52,166 nucleotides of DNA from contig JAGWKO010000003.1 of NCBI GenBank assembly GCA_028873295.1, forward strand, positions 1 to 52,166, read 5' to 3'. A model generated the notes under the pieces. It had not been told where the DNA came from. It worked only from the letters and a program-made list of their open reading frames with translations, and made no database searches. The position numbers were made by a program, and so were the translations under genes. Position 1 is the stretch's first letter. Every line of letters begins with the position of its first letter. Shown here piece by piece: positions 38,315-47,879 of the stretch. The DNA is from Verrucomicrobiota bacterium (lineage in GTDB: Bacteria > Chlamydiota > Chlamydiia > Chlamydiales > SM23-39).

Positions 38315-41095
38315 ATGCCTTTACCCAACCCCTTCAACACTCTTCAGTCGCTCTCTTCCTGGTGCTACTATTCGCTCCCCAAACTCGCGCAGGAACTGCG
38401 GCTCCCTATTGAAAGACTTCCTGTTTCGCTTCGCATCCTCCTTGAGTCTCTTTTGCGCTCCTCTGATGAAAAGAGCATTCTTTCTCTTGCAAACCGCACC
38501 TCCGGCGCTGATATTCCTTTTTGCGTAGCGCGCGTTCTTCTACAGGACTTTACAGGAGTGCCTCTGCTCGTCGATCTTGCAGCGATGCGCGATGCGATGA
38601 AAGAAAAGGGTTTTGATCCGCAGCGCATTGAGCCTATTGTGCCCGTCGATCTTGTCATCGACCACTCTGTTCAGGTGGATCGCGCAGGGACAGAGAGCGC
38701 TTTTGCCTTCAATCTCGACTGCGAGTTTAAGCGCAATCGCGAGCGCTATGCTTTTCTCAAGTGGGGACAAAAGGCCTTTCGCACCTTCAGCGTTGTTCCT
38801 CCCGGCATTGGCATTGTGCATCAGGTGCATTTGGAGAAGATCGCGCCTGTTGTCATGGAAAAGGAGGGGGTTCTCTTTTTTGACAGCGTAGTGGGGACAG
38901 ATTCGCATACGACCATGATCAATGGCCTCGGCGTTTTGGGATGGGGGGTCGGAGGGATTGAGGCAGAGGCGGCGATGCTGGGGCAACCCATCTCTCTTGA
39001 GATCCCGGAGGTGATAGGGTTTCATCTGGAGGGCTCTCTTCGAGAAGGGGTGACAGCGACTGATCTTACTCTTTTTGTGACAGAGATTTTGCGCAAAGAG
39101 AAGGTGGTGGGTAAGCTCATCGAGTTTTTTGGTGAGGGAGCCCACTCGCTCTCTGTTGCGGATCGCGCTACGATTGCCAATATGGCCCCTGAATATGGCG
39201 CCACAATGGGCTATTTCCCTGTCGATGAGAAGACAATTGCCTATTTGCATCTGACGAGTCGCCCTGCAGACCTCATCGATCGCATTGAGGCCTACTGGAG
39301 GGCGCAAGGGCTTTTCGGAATGCCGAAAAAGGGGGAGATCGACTATGCGAAGACTCTCTCGTTGGATCTCTCGGAAGTTGTCCCTTCTGTCGCAGGGCCC
39401 AAGCGCCCCCAGGATCGTATTTCTCTTCCTTCTGTGCAGAAACGCTTTCGCGACCTGCTCCGCGCCGAGGTGAGTGCGGGTGGATATGGCAAAAGCGAGA
39501 GCGAATGCCAAAAAGAGGCGCTTATTTCTCTTGCCGAAACGCCAGCTACAGATTCTGGCGGGTCGGAGGAGCCGGAGTCCCTGCAGGCGACTTGGAGCGA
39601 AGAGGAGATGTCTGGCAATCGCCCCTATACAAGGCCTCTTTCTTCCTCCGGTTATCCCGAGAGGCTTATCCGAGCGACGACTCTGGGGCATGGTTCTGTT
39701 GTGATCGCCGCGATTACAAGCTGCACCAACACAAGCAATCCAAGCGTCATGATAGGCGCTGGCCTTTTGGCAAAGAAGGCGGTATTGCGCGGCCTTTCGG
39801 TGCGCTCTTTTGTCAAGACAAGCCTTGCTCCTGGCTCTCGTGTCGTTACCGATTATCTGAAAAGGGCGGGATTGCAGCCCTACCTCGATGCGCTTGGCTT
39901 TCAGCTTGTCGCTTATGGGTGCACCACCTGTATTGGCAATAGCGGGCCTCTTGATGAGGCGGTCGACTCTGCCATTCATAGAGAAGATCTCGTTGCAGCA
40001 AGTGTGTTGAGCGGCAATCGCAACTTTGAAGCGCGTGTTCATGGCTCCGTGAAGGCAAACTTTCTTATGTCGCCGCCGCTTGTCGTCGCCTATGCTATAG
40101 CAGGTTCTGTCAATATCGACCTGACAACCGAGCCTCTTGGATTGGATAAAGAAGGGACCCCTGTTTTCTTGCGCGATATTTGGCCCTCCAGAGAAGAGAT
40201 CGAGCAGACGATGCGCATTGGCCTTGAGTCGCAGCTTTTTGAAGAGCGCTATGCCAATGTTCTGCAGGATAGTTCCCCCTGGGATCAGATTGAAGAGGAG
40301 TTCTCTGCGCAATATCAATGGGATGAAAAGAGCACCTATATTCGCAAGCCGCCCTACTTTGCAGACTTTTCTCTTACCCTTCCCGAGAAAAAAAAGTTCT
40401 CTTCTCTAAGGGCTCTTGCGATTTTTGGAGATTCTGTAACGACAGACCATATTTCTCCCGCAGGTGCTTTTTCAAAAGGGACCTGTGCGGGGCGCTATCT
40501 TCTTGAAGAAGGAGTGAAAGAGAGCGATTTTAACAGCTATGGCAGCAGGCGCGGCAATCATGAGGTGATGGTGCGCGGCACCTTTGCCAATGTGCGCGTG
40601 CGCAACAAGCTTGCGGGCGGTAAAGAGGGGGGGTGGACCAGAGTTTTTCCTGAAGGAGAGCTTCTTCCTGTCTACGACGCCTCTTTGCTCTATGCAAAGC
40701 GGAGTATTCCCTTACTTGTTTTTGCGGGGAAGGATTATGGCATGGGCAGCTCGCGCGATTGGGCGGCGAAGGGAGCTGCTCTTCTTGGAGTGTGCGCTGT
40801 GATTGCAAAGAGCTTTGAGCGGATCCATCGAAGCAATTTGATTGGAATGGGGCTTTTGCCTCTTACTTTTCTTGAAGGAGAGGACTGCGACACATTGGGC
40901 ATCGATGGGACAGAAGTTTTTGCTCTTCGCGGGCTGGAGAAAATTGCTCCACGCCAAGAGGTAATTCTAGAGGTGCAAAAAGAGAAGGAAAAGAAAGAGG
41001 TGTGCCTTCGCCTTGCGATCGAAACGCCGCACGAGGTAGAGTACTATAAAAATGGCGGAATCCTGCCTTTTGTCCTTCGAAAGTATGCCCGATGA
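38315..41095 (+). CDS. acnA: Aconitate hydratase A
   Basis: RVLLQDFTGVP, DSHT, AAITSCTNTSNP, GCTTCIGNSG, TTDHISPAG, GSSRDWAAKG. Confidence 0.96.
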   Translation: MPLPNPFNTLQSLSSWCYYSLPKLAQELRLPIERLPVSLRILLESLLRSSDEKSILSLANRTSGADIPFCVARVLLQDFTGVPLLVDLAAMRDAMKEKGFDPQRIEPIVPVDLVIDHSVQVDRAGTESAFAFNLDCEFKRNRERYAFLKWGQKAFRTFSVVPPGIGIVHQVHLEKIAPVVMEKEGVLFFDSVVGTDSHTTMINGLGVLGWGVGGIEAEAAMLGQPISLEIPEVIGFHLEGSLREGVTATDLTLFVTEILRKEKVVGKLIEFFGEGAHSLSVADRATIANMAPEYGATMGYFPVDEKTIAYLHLTSRPADLIDRIEAYWRAQGLFGMPKKGEIDYAKTLSLDLSEVVPSVAGPKRPQDRISLPSVQKRFRDLLRAEVSAGGYGKSESECQKEALISLAETPATDSGGSEEPESLQATWSEEEMSGNRPYTRPLSSSGYPERLIRATTLGHGSVVIAAITSCTNTSNPSVMIGAGLLAKKAVLRGLSVRSFVKTSLAPGSRVVTDYLKRAGLQPYLDALGFQLVAYGCTTCIGNSGPLDEAVDSAIHREDLVAASVLSGNRNFEARVHGSVKANFLMSPPLVVAYAIAGSVNIDLTTEPLGLDKEGTPVFLRDIWPSREEIEQTMRIGLESQLFEERYANVLQDSSPWDQIEEEFSAQYQWDEKSTYIRKPPYFADFSLTLPEKKKFSSLRALAIFGDSVTTDHISPAGAFSKGTCAGRYLLEEGVKESDFNSYGSRRGNHEVMVRGTFANVRVRNKLAGGKEGGWTRVFPEGELLPVYDASLLYAKRSIPLLVFAGKDYGMGSSRDWAAKGAALLGVCAVIAKSFERIHRSNLIGMGLLPLTFLEGEDCDTLGIDGTEVFALRGLEKIAPRQEVILEVQKEKEKKEVCLRLAIETPHEVEYYKNGGILPFVLRKYAR

Positions 41096-42525
41096 GTCTT
41101 GCCCTATTCACAGACCTTTATGAGATGACAATGGCCTATGGCTATTGGAAGCAGGGGATTGCGGACCGGGAAGCGGTCTTCCAGATGCACTTTCGCAAAT
41201 GGCCCTTCAAGGGGGGCTTTGCCCTTATGGCGGGGCTTGAGAGCTTTATTCGCTTTGTAGAAGAGTGGCGCTTTTCTTCTGATGATTTGGACTATCTCTC
41301 TTCTCTTAAGACAAGTACTGCAGAAGCGCTCTTCCCTCCCGAGTTTCTTCACTTTCTCAAAAGTTTTACCTTTACCTGCGACATTGATGCAGCGCCCGAG
41401 GGAAGTCTTCTTTTCCCCTATATCCCTTTTGTGCGCGTGCGCGGACCTCTCTGGCAGGCGCAATTTTTAGAGAGCGTCCTTCTGACTCTTGTGAACTTTC
41501 AGACACTGATTGCGACAAAAGCGGCGCGGATCTGCATGGCGGCAGCGCCGGATCCTGTGGTTGAGTTTGGCATGCGCAGAGCGCAAGGGATCAATGGAGC
41601 GATCTCTGCCAGCAGGGCAGCCTTTATCGGAGGATGCACCGCTACCTCCAATCTCCTTGCAGCGCGTCTTTTTGGAATTCCCTCTAAAGGGACGCATGCG
41701 CATAGCTGGGTCATGGCATTCGAGAATGAAGAGAAGGCGTTTGAAGAATTTGCGACTCTTATGCCGAGCGATTCCCTTTTTCTGATCGATACTTATGACA
41801 CTGTGCGGGGAGCTAAACTGGCGATCGAGGTGGCCAAAAAGATAAAGGACCCGCGCTTTTCCTTTGGTGGGGTGCGTCTTGATTCGGGAGATCTTGCGCA
41901 GCTTAGCATTCAGGTGCGCTCTCTTCTCGACAGGGCCGGATTTACAAAGAGCGCCATCATGGCGACCTCAGAGCTCGACGAGTATCTCATTCGCGATTTG
42001 AAACAGCAGGGGGCAAAGATCGATGTATGGGGTGTCGGTACGCACCTTGTTACAGGAAAAGAGCAGCCCGCCCTCGACGGCGTCTACAAACTCTCTGCCA
42101 TCAAAGATGCTCAAGGCAAATGGGTCCCCAAGATGAAACTCTCTAATCAGGCGGCAAAAACGACGACACCGGGAATTCTTCAGGTACGCCGCTTCTTCGA
42201 TGGAACTCATTACCTTGCAGATACTATTTACGACGAACTCTTTTCTCTTCCGGACCCGCTGCAAAGCGTCGGCATCCAGGATCCTCGCGATGTACGCTCC
42301 TTCTCCGGCAAACTGCAAAGTGAGGATCTCCTCGTTCCGATCTTTCGCGGGGGAAAGCTTGTTTATACTTTGCCATCGATTCTTGAGATTCAAGGCTATG
42401 GAAAAAGAGAGTTAGAGCGCCTCCCGGAGGGTCGCAAACGTTTTATCAATCCTGATCCCTATTTTGTGGGGCTTGAGAAGGGGCTAGATGAAAGAAAAAT
42501 CTCATGCAGCACTTTTCATCACTGA
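41092..42525 (+). CDS. pncB: Nicotinate phosphoribosyltransferase
   Basis: LFTDLYEMTM, EFGMRRAQ, GTHAHSW, IDTYD, RLDSGD, GVYKL. Confidence 0.93.
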   Translation: MSLALFTDLYEMTMAYGYWKQGIADREAVFQMHFRKWPFKGGFALMAGLESFIRFVEEWRFSSDDLDYLSSLKTSTAEALFPPEFLHFLKSFTFTCDIDAAPEGSLLFPYIPFVRVRGPLWQAQFLESVLLTLVNFQTLIATKAARICMAAAPDPVVEFGMRRAQGINGAISASRAAFIGGCTATSNLLAARLFGIPSKGTHAHSWVMAFENEEKAFEEFATLMPSDSLFLIDTYDTVRGAKLAIEVAKKIKDPRFSFGGVRLDSGDLAQLSIQVRSLLDRAGFTKSAIMATSELDEYLIRDLKQQGAKIDVWGVGTHLVTGKEQPALDGVYKLSAIKDAQGKWVPKMKLSNQAAKTTTPGILQVRRFFDGTHYLADTIYDELFSLPDPLQSVGIQDPRDVRSFSGKLQSEDLLVPIFRGGKLVYTLPSILEIQGYGKRELERLPEGRKRFINPDPYFVGLEKGLDERKISCSTFHH

Positions 42526-43060
42526 TGTGCAGAACGATTTTATTGAGGGAGGAGCGCTTCCTGTTCCGCATAGCCGTGAACTTGTGGAGAAGATTAACAA
42601 GCTGCAACCTCGTTTTAGACACATTCTTGCCGTGCGCGACTGGCATCCTCCCCATCACGTGAGTTTTGCGAGTACGCATGGGAAAAGAGTGGGGGAGAAG
42701 TTTTTGGGGCAGACGCTCTGGCCTGACCATTGTATTCAGAATGAGTGGGGGAGCGCTTTTGCAGAGGGCCTCGACACCTCCCGTTTTGAAAAAGTTTTTG
42801 ACAAGGGGGCAGACCCCCATAAAGACAGCTACAGCGCTTTTGGCAATCCCGAACTTGCGCCCTACCTTCTTTTGCACCATCTCGATCATCTCTACATTGT
42901 TGGCCTTGCGACTGACTACTGCATTCTTGCCACAGTTCTTGATGCAAGAGCTCTTGGATTAAAGGTGACTCTTCTTTTAGACTGTTGCCGTGCTATTGAT
43001 CCCCGGCAGGAGGCGTCTGCGCTTCAACGTATGCGCGATGCTGGTGTAGATTGTATATGA
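42488..43060 (+). CDS. pncA: Nicotinamidase
   Basis: DVQNDFIEGGAL, DWHP..H, WPDHC, DSYSAF, GLATDYC. Confidence 0.93.
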   Translation: MKEKSHAALFITDVQNDFIEGGALPVPHSRELVEKINKLQPRFRHILAVRDWHPPHHVSFASTHGKRVGEKFLGQTLWPDHCIQNEWGSAFAEGLDTSRFEKVFDKGADPHKDSYSAFGNPELAPYLLLHHLDHLYIVGLATDYCILATVLDARALGLKVTLLLDCCRAIDPRQEASALQRMRDAGVDCI

Positions 43061-43061
43061 T

Positions 43062-44021
43062 ATGAAGTTACAAAGCGTAGCGGCCTTTTTGCAGTATTTG
43101 GAGACGCAACCTCCCTGCCGCGCCAATTTGCTCATCGTTCCGGATGCCTATGAGAGGCGCAGCTTTGCAGCCCGTTTGCTCGCTGCCTTCCCCGAACCGC
43201 ATCAGTTTTTAAAAGGGACAGAAGAGGGGGCGGCAGAAACAATCGTTGCCCAGCTTGCCTCCCCTTCTCTTTTTGCAGAGGAGCCGGTGGTTTGTGTGGA
43301 GGGGATGGAAAAGATTTCTGCAAAAACAGCTCTTGCCGATTGGCTGCGCAACCCCGCCTTTGGCTTCCTCATAGGACTGGCAGAAGGTGCATCTCCGCTT
43401 GCTTCTCTTTTTGAAAAGAACGGGCTCCTCTTGGACATGCGCGAGGAAAAGCCATGGGAAAAAGAGAAGAGGCAGATCGATCAGATGGCGCAAAAAGCAT
43501 CGCAAATGGGCAAGAAAGTTGCTGCCGATGTGTGGCCGCTTCTTTTTGAAATGGTCGGAAAGGAGAGCGCTTTTCTTGATTCCGAGTGGGAAAAAGTACT
43601 CTGTTACGTGGGAGAAAGATCAAGCGTCACGCGAGAGGATATTGTGCGCATCGTTGTGGATAATGAGCAGCGCACGCTTTTTTTCTTTGCCGAGGAGATG
43701 GTGTGGGAAAAGCGGATCATTCTCTCTGCTCCCTTTCCCTTTTCTGCGCTTGCCGCTCTCTTGCGCAGTCAATTTCTTCTTGGAAAAACGATCCTTTCTC
43801 TCATTGCCTCCTCACTTCCCATTGCAGAATGGGGCCCCTGGCTTCCCAATAAGCTCTGGCCGCGCCTTCTTGAAAAACGCGCAGAACAGGCACATCGCCT
43901 TGGTCTTGCCTATTTTGAAAAGGGGCTGGAACTGCTTTTTGACCTTGAGCTTCTCGCGCGAACAGGGCAAGTGCATGAAGAGGCTCTTTTCACCCTTTTT
44001 GGAGCTTCCTGTTCAAAATGA
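43062..44021 (+). CDS. holA: DNA polymerase III delta subunit (divergent)
   Basis: SPSLF, E.EK..CYVG....VT.EDI; upstream of the methyltransferase as in Chlamydia CT047/CT048. Confidence 0.7.
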   Translation: MKLQSVAAFLQYLETQPPCRANLLIVPDAYERRSFAARLLAAFPEPHQFLKGTEEGAAETIVAQLASPSLFAEEPVVCVEGMEKISAKTALADWLRNPAFGFLIGLAEGASPLASLFEKNGLLLDMREEKPWEKEKRQIDQMAQKASQMGKKVAADVWPLLFEMVGKESAFLDSEWEKVLCYVGERSSVTREDIVRIVVDNEQRTLFFFAEEMVWEKRIILSAPFPFSALAALLRSQFLLGKTILSLIASSLPIAEWGPWLPNKLWPRLLEKRAEQAHRLGLAYFEKGLELLFDLELLARTGQVHEEALFTLFGASCSK

Positions 44022-44719
44022 GCCTTCTCCTCTTACCCAACCTCCTTGATCCTTCCGCAGATTCTCTTCTGCTTCCCGCTGCTACGGGAGCCGCTCTTCG
44101 TACTCTTTCCGGGCTGATCGCAGAAAATGAGAAGGAGGCGCGCCGCTTTCTTTTCCATTTTCTCACAAGAGAAGAGGTGGGAGCCTTGCCTATTGTTTCT
44201 TTAAACGAACACACTGCATCAGGCCAGCTCGCCTCTCTTCTTGTCCCTATGGAAAAAGGAGAGGCCTGGGGGCTTATTTCTGATAGGGGACTGCCTTGCG
44301 TCTCCGACCCCGGAGCAAATCTTGTTTCTCTTGCACGTCAAAGGGGGATCTCTGTGCGGTCCCTTGGTGGCACCAGCTCTCTTTTGCTCGCTCTGCAACT
44401 CTCCGGTTTTTCGGGGGAGCGCTTTACCTACCACGGATATCTGCCGAGAGAAGAACCGTCTCTTTGCCAGGCGCTGCGCCAGATCGAAAAGGAGTGTGTC
44501 GGAAGAACGCAAATGTGGATAGAGGCTCCCTATCGCACGGCAAAGATGGTGGAGATTGTCCTGCGCACTCTTTCTTCAAACACCCTTTTCTGCGTCGCTG
44601 CAGAACTCACGGGCCAAAATGAACGCGTTATCGTTCAGTCGGTCGCGGAGTGGAAACGCAAAACTCCTTCGTTTGGCAAAGAGGCTGCTCTTTTTTTGGT
44701 TTTTAAGGCAGGGGACTGA
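44018..44719 (+). CDS. SAM-dependent methyltransferase (RsmI/tetrapyrrole-methylase family)
   Basis: LNEHT, GLISD.GLPC..DPG, F.YHGYLP, IEAPYR. Confidence 0.85.
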   Translation: MSLLLLPNLLDPSADSLLLPAATGAALRTLSGLIAENEKEARRFLFHFLTREEVGALPIVSLNEHTASGQLASLLVPMEKGEAWGLISDRGLPCVSDPGANLVSLARQRGISVRSLGGTSSLLLALQLSGFSGERFTYHGYLPREEPSLCQALRQIEKECVGRTQMWIEAPYRTAKMVEIVLRTLSSNTLFCVAAELTGQNERVIVQSVAEWKRKTPSFGKEAALFLVFKAGD

Positions 44720-45561
44720 TGAACCGCTGGCTTGCGCTGGATATTGATGGCACTATCACCAAAGATCCGCATACTATTCCCGCTGCAATTCTTAACCGTT
44801 TGACGCAATTTGCAGCTGAAGGCTGGCACATTGCCTTTGTCACGGGGCGTACGTTGAGGTTTGCGCGCATGGCGCTCTCTGACTTTAAGATTCCTCACCT
44901 GCTCATTCCTCAAAATGGGTCAGGGGCTCTCTGGATGCCCGAGGAGCGTATCATCTGCAAACATTTCCTCTCCTTTTCTGATATTGCTGAGATCGAGCAA
45001 CTTCTTCAGCCGGCAAATCCCGGGCTTTTGATCTATCGCGGTTTTACGGCAAATGATCGCTGTTACGTTCGTGAGGGCAGTTTTCCTCTTGCCATGATGC
45101 ACGAGTTTGAGAAGTGGCAAGAGATACAAAAAGAGCGATGGATTGTTGTTCCGAAGTTTAGACAGGAGGAGATTCCAGAGTTTGCTGTTGCCAAATGTTA
45201 CGGGCAGGAAGAGGAAATCCTGCGTCTTTTCAAGGCATGGAGAGGAGAGGGAAAGTATCAAATTACTCTGTCGCGCGACCCGTGGATTCCTGGGAGGGCC
45301 ATGCTCTTTATTTCTCATCCCCTTGCTTCAAAGGGCGGCGTCCTCAAAGAATCTTTGAACCTCATGAATCAAAAAGGTCCGGTCATCGCAGCAGGCGATG
45401 ATCACAATGACCTGACTCTCTTTGCAGTGGCAGATTTTCGCATTGCGATGACCCATGCCCCCGCAGAGTTGCGCGAAAAGGCCGACCTTATCGTGGAAAA
45501 CAATGGAGACGGATTAGCCCTCATCAGAGCGCTGGAGAAGGGCATCCAGGTCCTTTCTTAA
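44719..45561 (+). CDS. Cof-type HAD hydrolase
   Basis: LDIDGT, TGR, SKG, AAGDDHND. Confidence 0.88.
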   Translation: MNRWLALDIDGTITKDPHTIPAAILNRLTQFAAEGWHIAFVTGRTLRFARMALSDFKIPHLLIPQNGSGALWMPEERIICKHFLSFSDIAEIEQLLQPANPGLLIYRGFTANDRCYVREGSFPLAMMHEFEKWQEIQKERWIVVPKFRQEEIPEFAVAKCYGQEEEILRLFKAWRGEGKYQITLSRDPWIPGRAMLFISHPLASKGGVLKESLNLMNQKGPVIAAGDDHNDLTLFAVADFRIAMTHAPAELREKADLIVENNGDGLALIRALEKGIQVLS

Positions 45562-45740
45562 GAGCTCTTTCGAACTTCCTGTAGTAGCTGCCGTCGCCAC
45601 CCTTCTGCGGTGAGTATCCGATCCTCCTTTTTTGGAGTAGCGGGCTTGGAAGCGACAGACTTGGGGGTAGCAACTTTCGATTTTGACTTGACAGGTTCTT
45701 TTTTGGGCGATTCCTTCGCCTTCTTTTTGAAGAAAATCAT
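45558..45740 (-). CDS. Small basic hypothetical protein
   Basis: 60 aa, K/P/S-rich with C-terminal RILTAEGWRR; fills the gap between the HAD gene and dacA. Confidence 0.55.
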   Translation of the reverse strand: MIFFKKKAKESPKKEPVKSKSKVATPKSVASKPATPKKEDRILTAEGWRRQLLQEVRKSS

Positions 45741-45849
45741 GAGGACAGGGTAGAGGAAAAACCGCGCTCTGTCAAGAGGTTGGTTTTACCTCTGCCCAAA
45801 AAGTGCAAAGTCGAGTAGAATCCACTTACATCTCTTTCTCGAGCCCGCC

Positions 45850-46650
45850 GTGATACATGCCTTCTCCTCACTGAGTCCTTTTATTGAAATCGCGATCATT
45901 GCGATCATGATCGACTACCTGCTTTCCTTCTTTTGGAACACCAAGTCGATTGATCTCATTTTTGGTTTTTTTGCGTTTCTTTTTATCCTTGTCGCTTCGA
46001 CCTGGTTTCATCTTCCCGTTTTGCACAGAATCATGGTGCTTATTGGAAATGTGCTCGTTCTTGCGATCATCATCATTTTTCAGCCGGAGCTCCGCGTAGC
46101 TCTTTCAAAGTTGAGTCTGAAGAGCAAAAGGGGAAAGGGCATCACGGATTTTGATCGCTTTCTCGATCAGCTCGCAAGCTCTGTCTTCCGCATGTCGGAA
46201 AGAAAAATGGGCGCAATTATCGCCATGGAAAACAAGGATTCGCTGGATGACTATGCGCAGAAAGCTGTGCTGCTCGACAGTCAATTTTCTCCGGAGCTTT
46301 TAGAGACGATCTTTTCCACCTCTACTCCTCTGCACGATGGCGCAGTGCTCATGCGCGATAAGACGCTTCTTGCAGCAGCTGTGATTCTTCCTCTTGCGGA
46401 GGATTCGCTTCAGCTTGCCAAATCGATGGGAACGCGTCACCGCGCAGCGCTTGGCCTCAGTCAGGCGACAGATGCTCTTGTGATTGTTATTTCCGAAGAG
46501 ACGGGCAAGATCTCGATTGCTCGAGAGGGCATTATGACTCGGGGGGTCAAAATCGATCGTTTCAAGGGGATCCTGCGCAGCATCTTCAGCCCTCCTGAAA
46601 AACAGCCTCACTCTCAAAAAAAGCGCATGATGGAGTGGTTTCCCAAATGA
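45850..46650 (+). CDS. dacA: Diadenylate cyclase (DacA/CdaA)
   Basis: 3 TMs, FQPELR, PLHDGA, GTRHRAALG, SEETG. Confidence 0.95.
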   Translation: MIHAFSSLSPFIEIAIIAIMIDYLLSFFWNTKSIDLIFGFFAFLFILVASTWFHLPVLHRIMVLIGNVLVLAIIIIFQPELRVALSKLSLKSKRGKGITDFDRFLDQLASSVFRMSERKMGAIIAMENKDSLDDYAQKAVLLDSQFSPELLETIFSTSTPLHDGAVLMRDKTLLAAAVILPLAEDSLQLAKSMGTRHRAALGLSQATDALVIVISEETGKISIAREGIMTRGVKIDRFKGILRSIFSPPEKQPHSQKKRMMEWFPK

Positions 46651-47879
46651 TCTCTTTTCTTAAACGGCTCTTTTTTGAGCATTTTTTTCGCAAACTCCTC
46701 TCTCTTTTTCTCGCAATTATTGTCTGGCTCATTGTCTACCGCTCCATGACCACGGTGAAGACGGTAACAGAGGTCCCTGTGCGGGTGATCAATCTGAAGG
46801 AGGGGAAGACGATTGAGGGAATGCAAACAAATGGTCTTCTCAATGAACGGATCTCTCTTACCCTTTATGGGCATGGGACTCTCCTTGATGCTCTCGGGAG
46901 CCGCGACCTCGAGGTGGTGCTCAATGCCGAGGGCAAGCCCGATGAGTGGATAGCGTCGATCAGCAAACAGGAGCTGGTCTCGTTGAATCCGGAACTGAAC
47001 CTGCGCAAAGGACTTTCCCGTATTGTCTCTTCAGAGCGTAAGATATGCCAGAGCAGTCTTGTAAAAGAGGAGATCCCCATCACGGTGACAGAGCCGATCG
47101 GAGAGGCTCCCAAGGGGTATCAATATCTCGACGTCTTTCCCTATCATCTCAATCTGACTCTTGTCGGCCCTGAAAAGACGATCAAGCGGTTGAAGAATCG
47201 GGGAGGGCTGCAGCTCACCTTCAATCTCAATGAGATCTCTGTAGGAGAACTTGAAGTGCTTCAAAGCATGAATAAGGGTCGCGGCAACGAGGTGAGTTTT
47301 TTTGTTCCCAATGCATGGAAACGCCTTGTCGTTTCGGAACTTTCCGAGGAGAGAGTAGAGATAGATGATCCAAGGGCCAAGGGACTGCGCATCGATTTTA
47401 TTCGGGAGGATCTGCTTCCTGTTCCCAGCTCGATTCCCATTTCTCTTTTCTTTCCCACAGACCGCTCCGCACAGGTCAATCCGGAAACCTGCAATCTGGC
47501 GCTTGGAGATTTCATTGTGAAAAAGAATGGACTGAAAGTGACTGCACCACAGCTTTTTGTAAAGGGAGTGAGCCGTAAATTTCTCGATCTTGTCAAAGAT
47601 CGCCTGCAGATCGTCATCACTCTTTGCAAAGAGCCACTTTGGAATGTTCAGTTTGTCTCACAGCAGGATCTGGAAGATCGCTTTATCGCAAGGGCTATTG
47701 CAGAGTGGGATTATGCGCTCGAGGATCTTTCTCCTCAATTGAGGGAAGAGTATCTGCGTAATCGCTTCCGCAGTTATATGCACTCTTTCCGTCTTTACAC
47801 CGCCAATCAAAAAAAATTGAAATTGGCCATGCGTCTGGAGGGCGACACAGTCCATGTGCTCTCAGAAAACACGCCGTAA
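46647..47879 (+). CDS. ybbR: YbbR/CdaR-like regulator (CT011-like)
   Basis: RKLLSLFLAIIVW N-terminal anchor; ATGA-coupled to dacA. Confidence 0.75.
   Translation: MISFLKRLFFEHFFRKLLSLFLAIIVWLIVYRSMTTVKTVTEVPVRVINLKEGKTIEGMQTNGLLNERISLTLYGHGTLLDALGSRDLEVVLNAEGKPDEWIASISKQELVSLNPELNLRKGLSRIVSSERKICQSSLVKEEIPITVTEPIGEAPKGYQYLDVFPYHLNLTLVGPEKTIKRLKNRGGLQLTFNLNEISVGELEVLQSMNKGRGNEVSFFVPNAWKRLVVSELSEERVEIDDPRAKGLRIDFIREDLLPVPSSIPISLFFPTDRSAQVNPETCNLALGDFIVKKNGLKVTAPQLFVKGVSRKFLDLVKDRLQIVITLCKEPLWNVQFVSQQDLEDRFIARAIAEWDYALEDLSPQLREEYLRNRFRSYMHSFRLYTANQKKLKLAMRLEGDTVHVLSENTP

Noticed and set aside
38540-40318. 592-aa antisense ORF inside acnA (similar shadows in 8207-9112, 21228-22007 and 33918-34913)
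   Set aside because: Antisense shadows of well-conserved genes with no domain signal.
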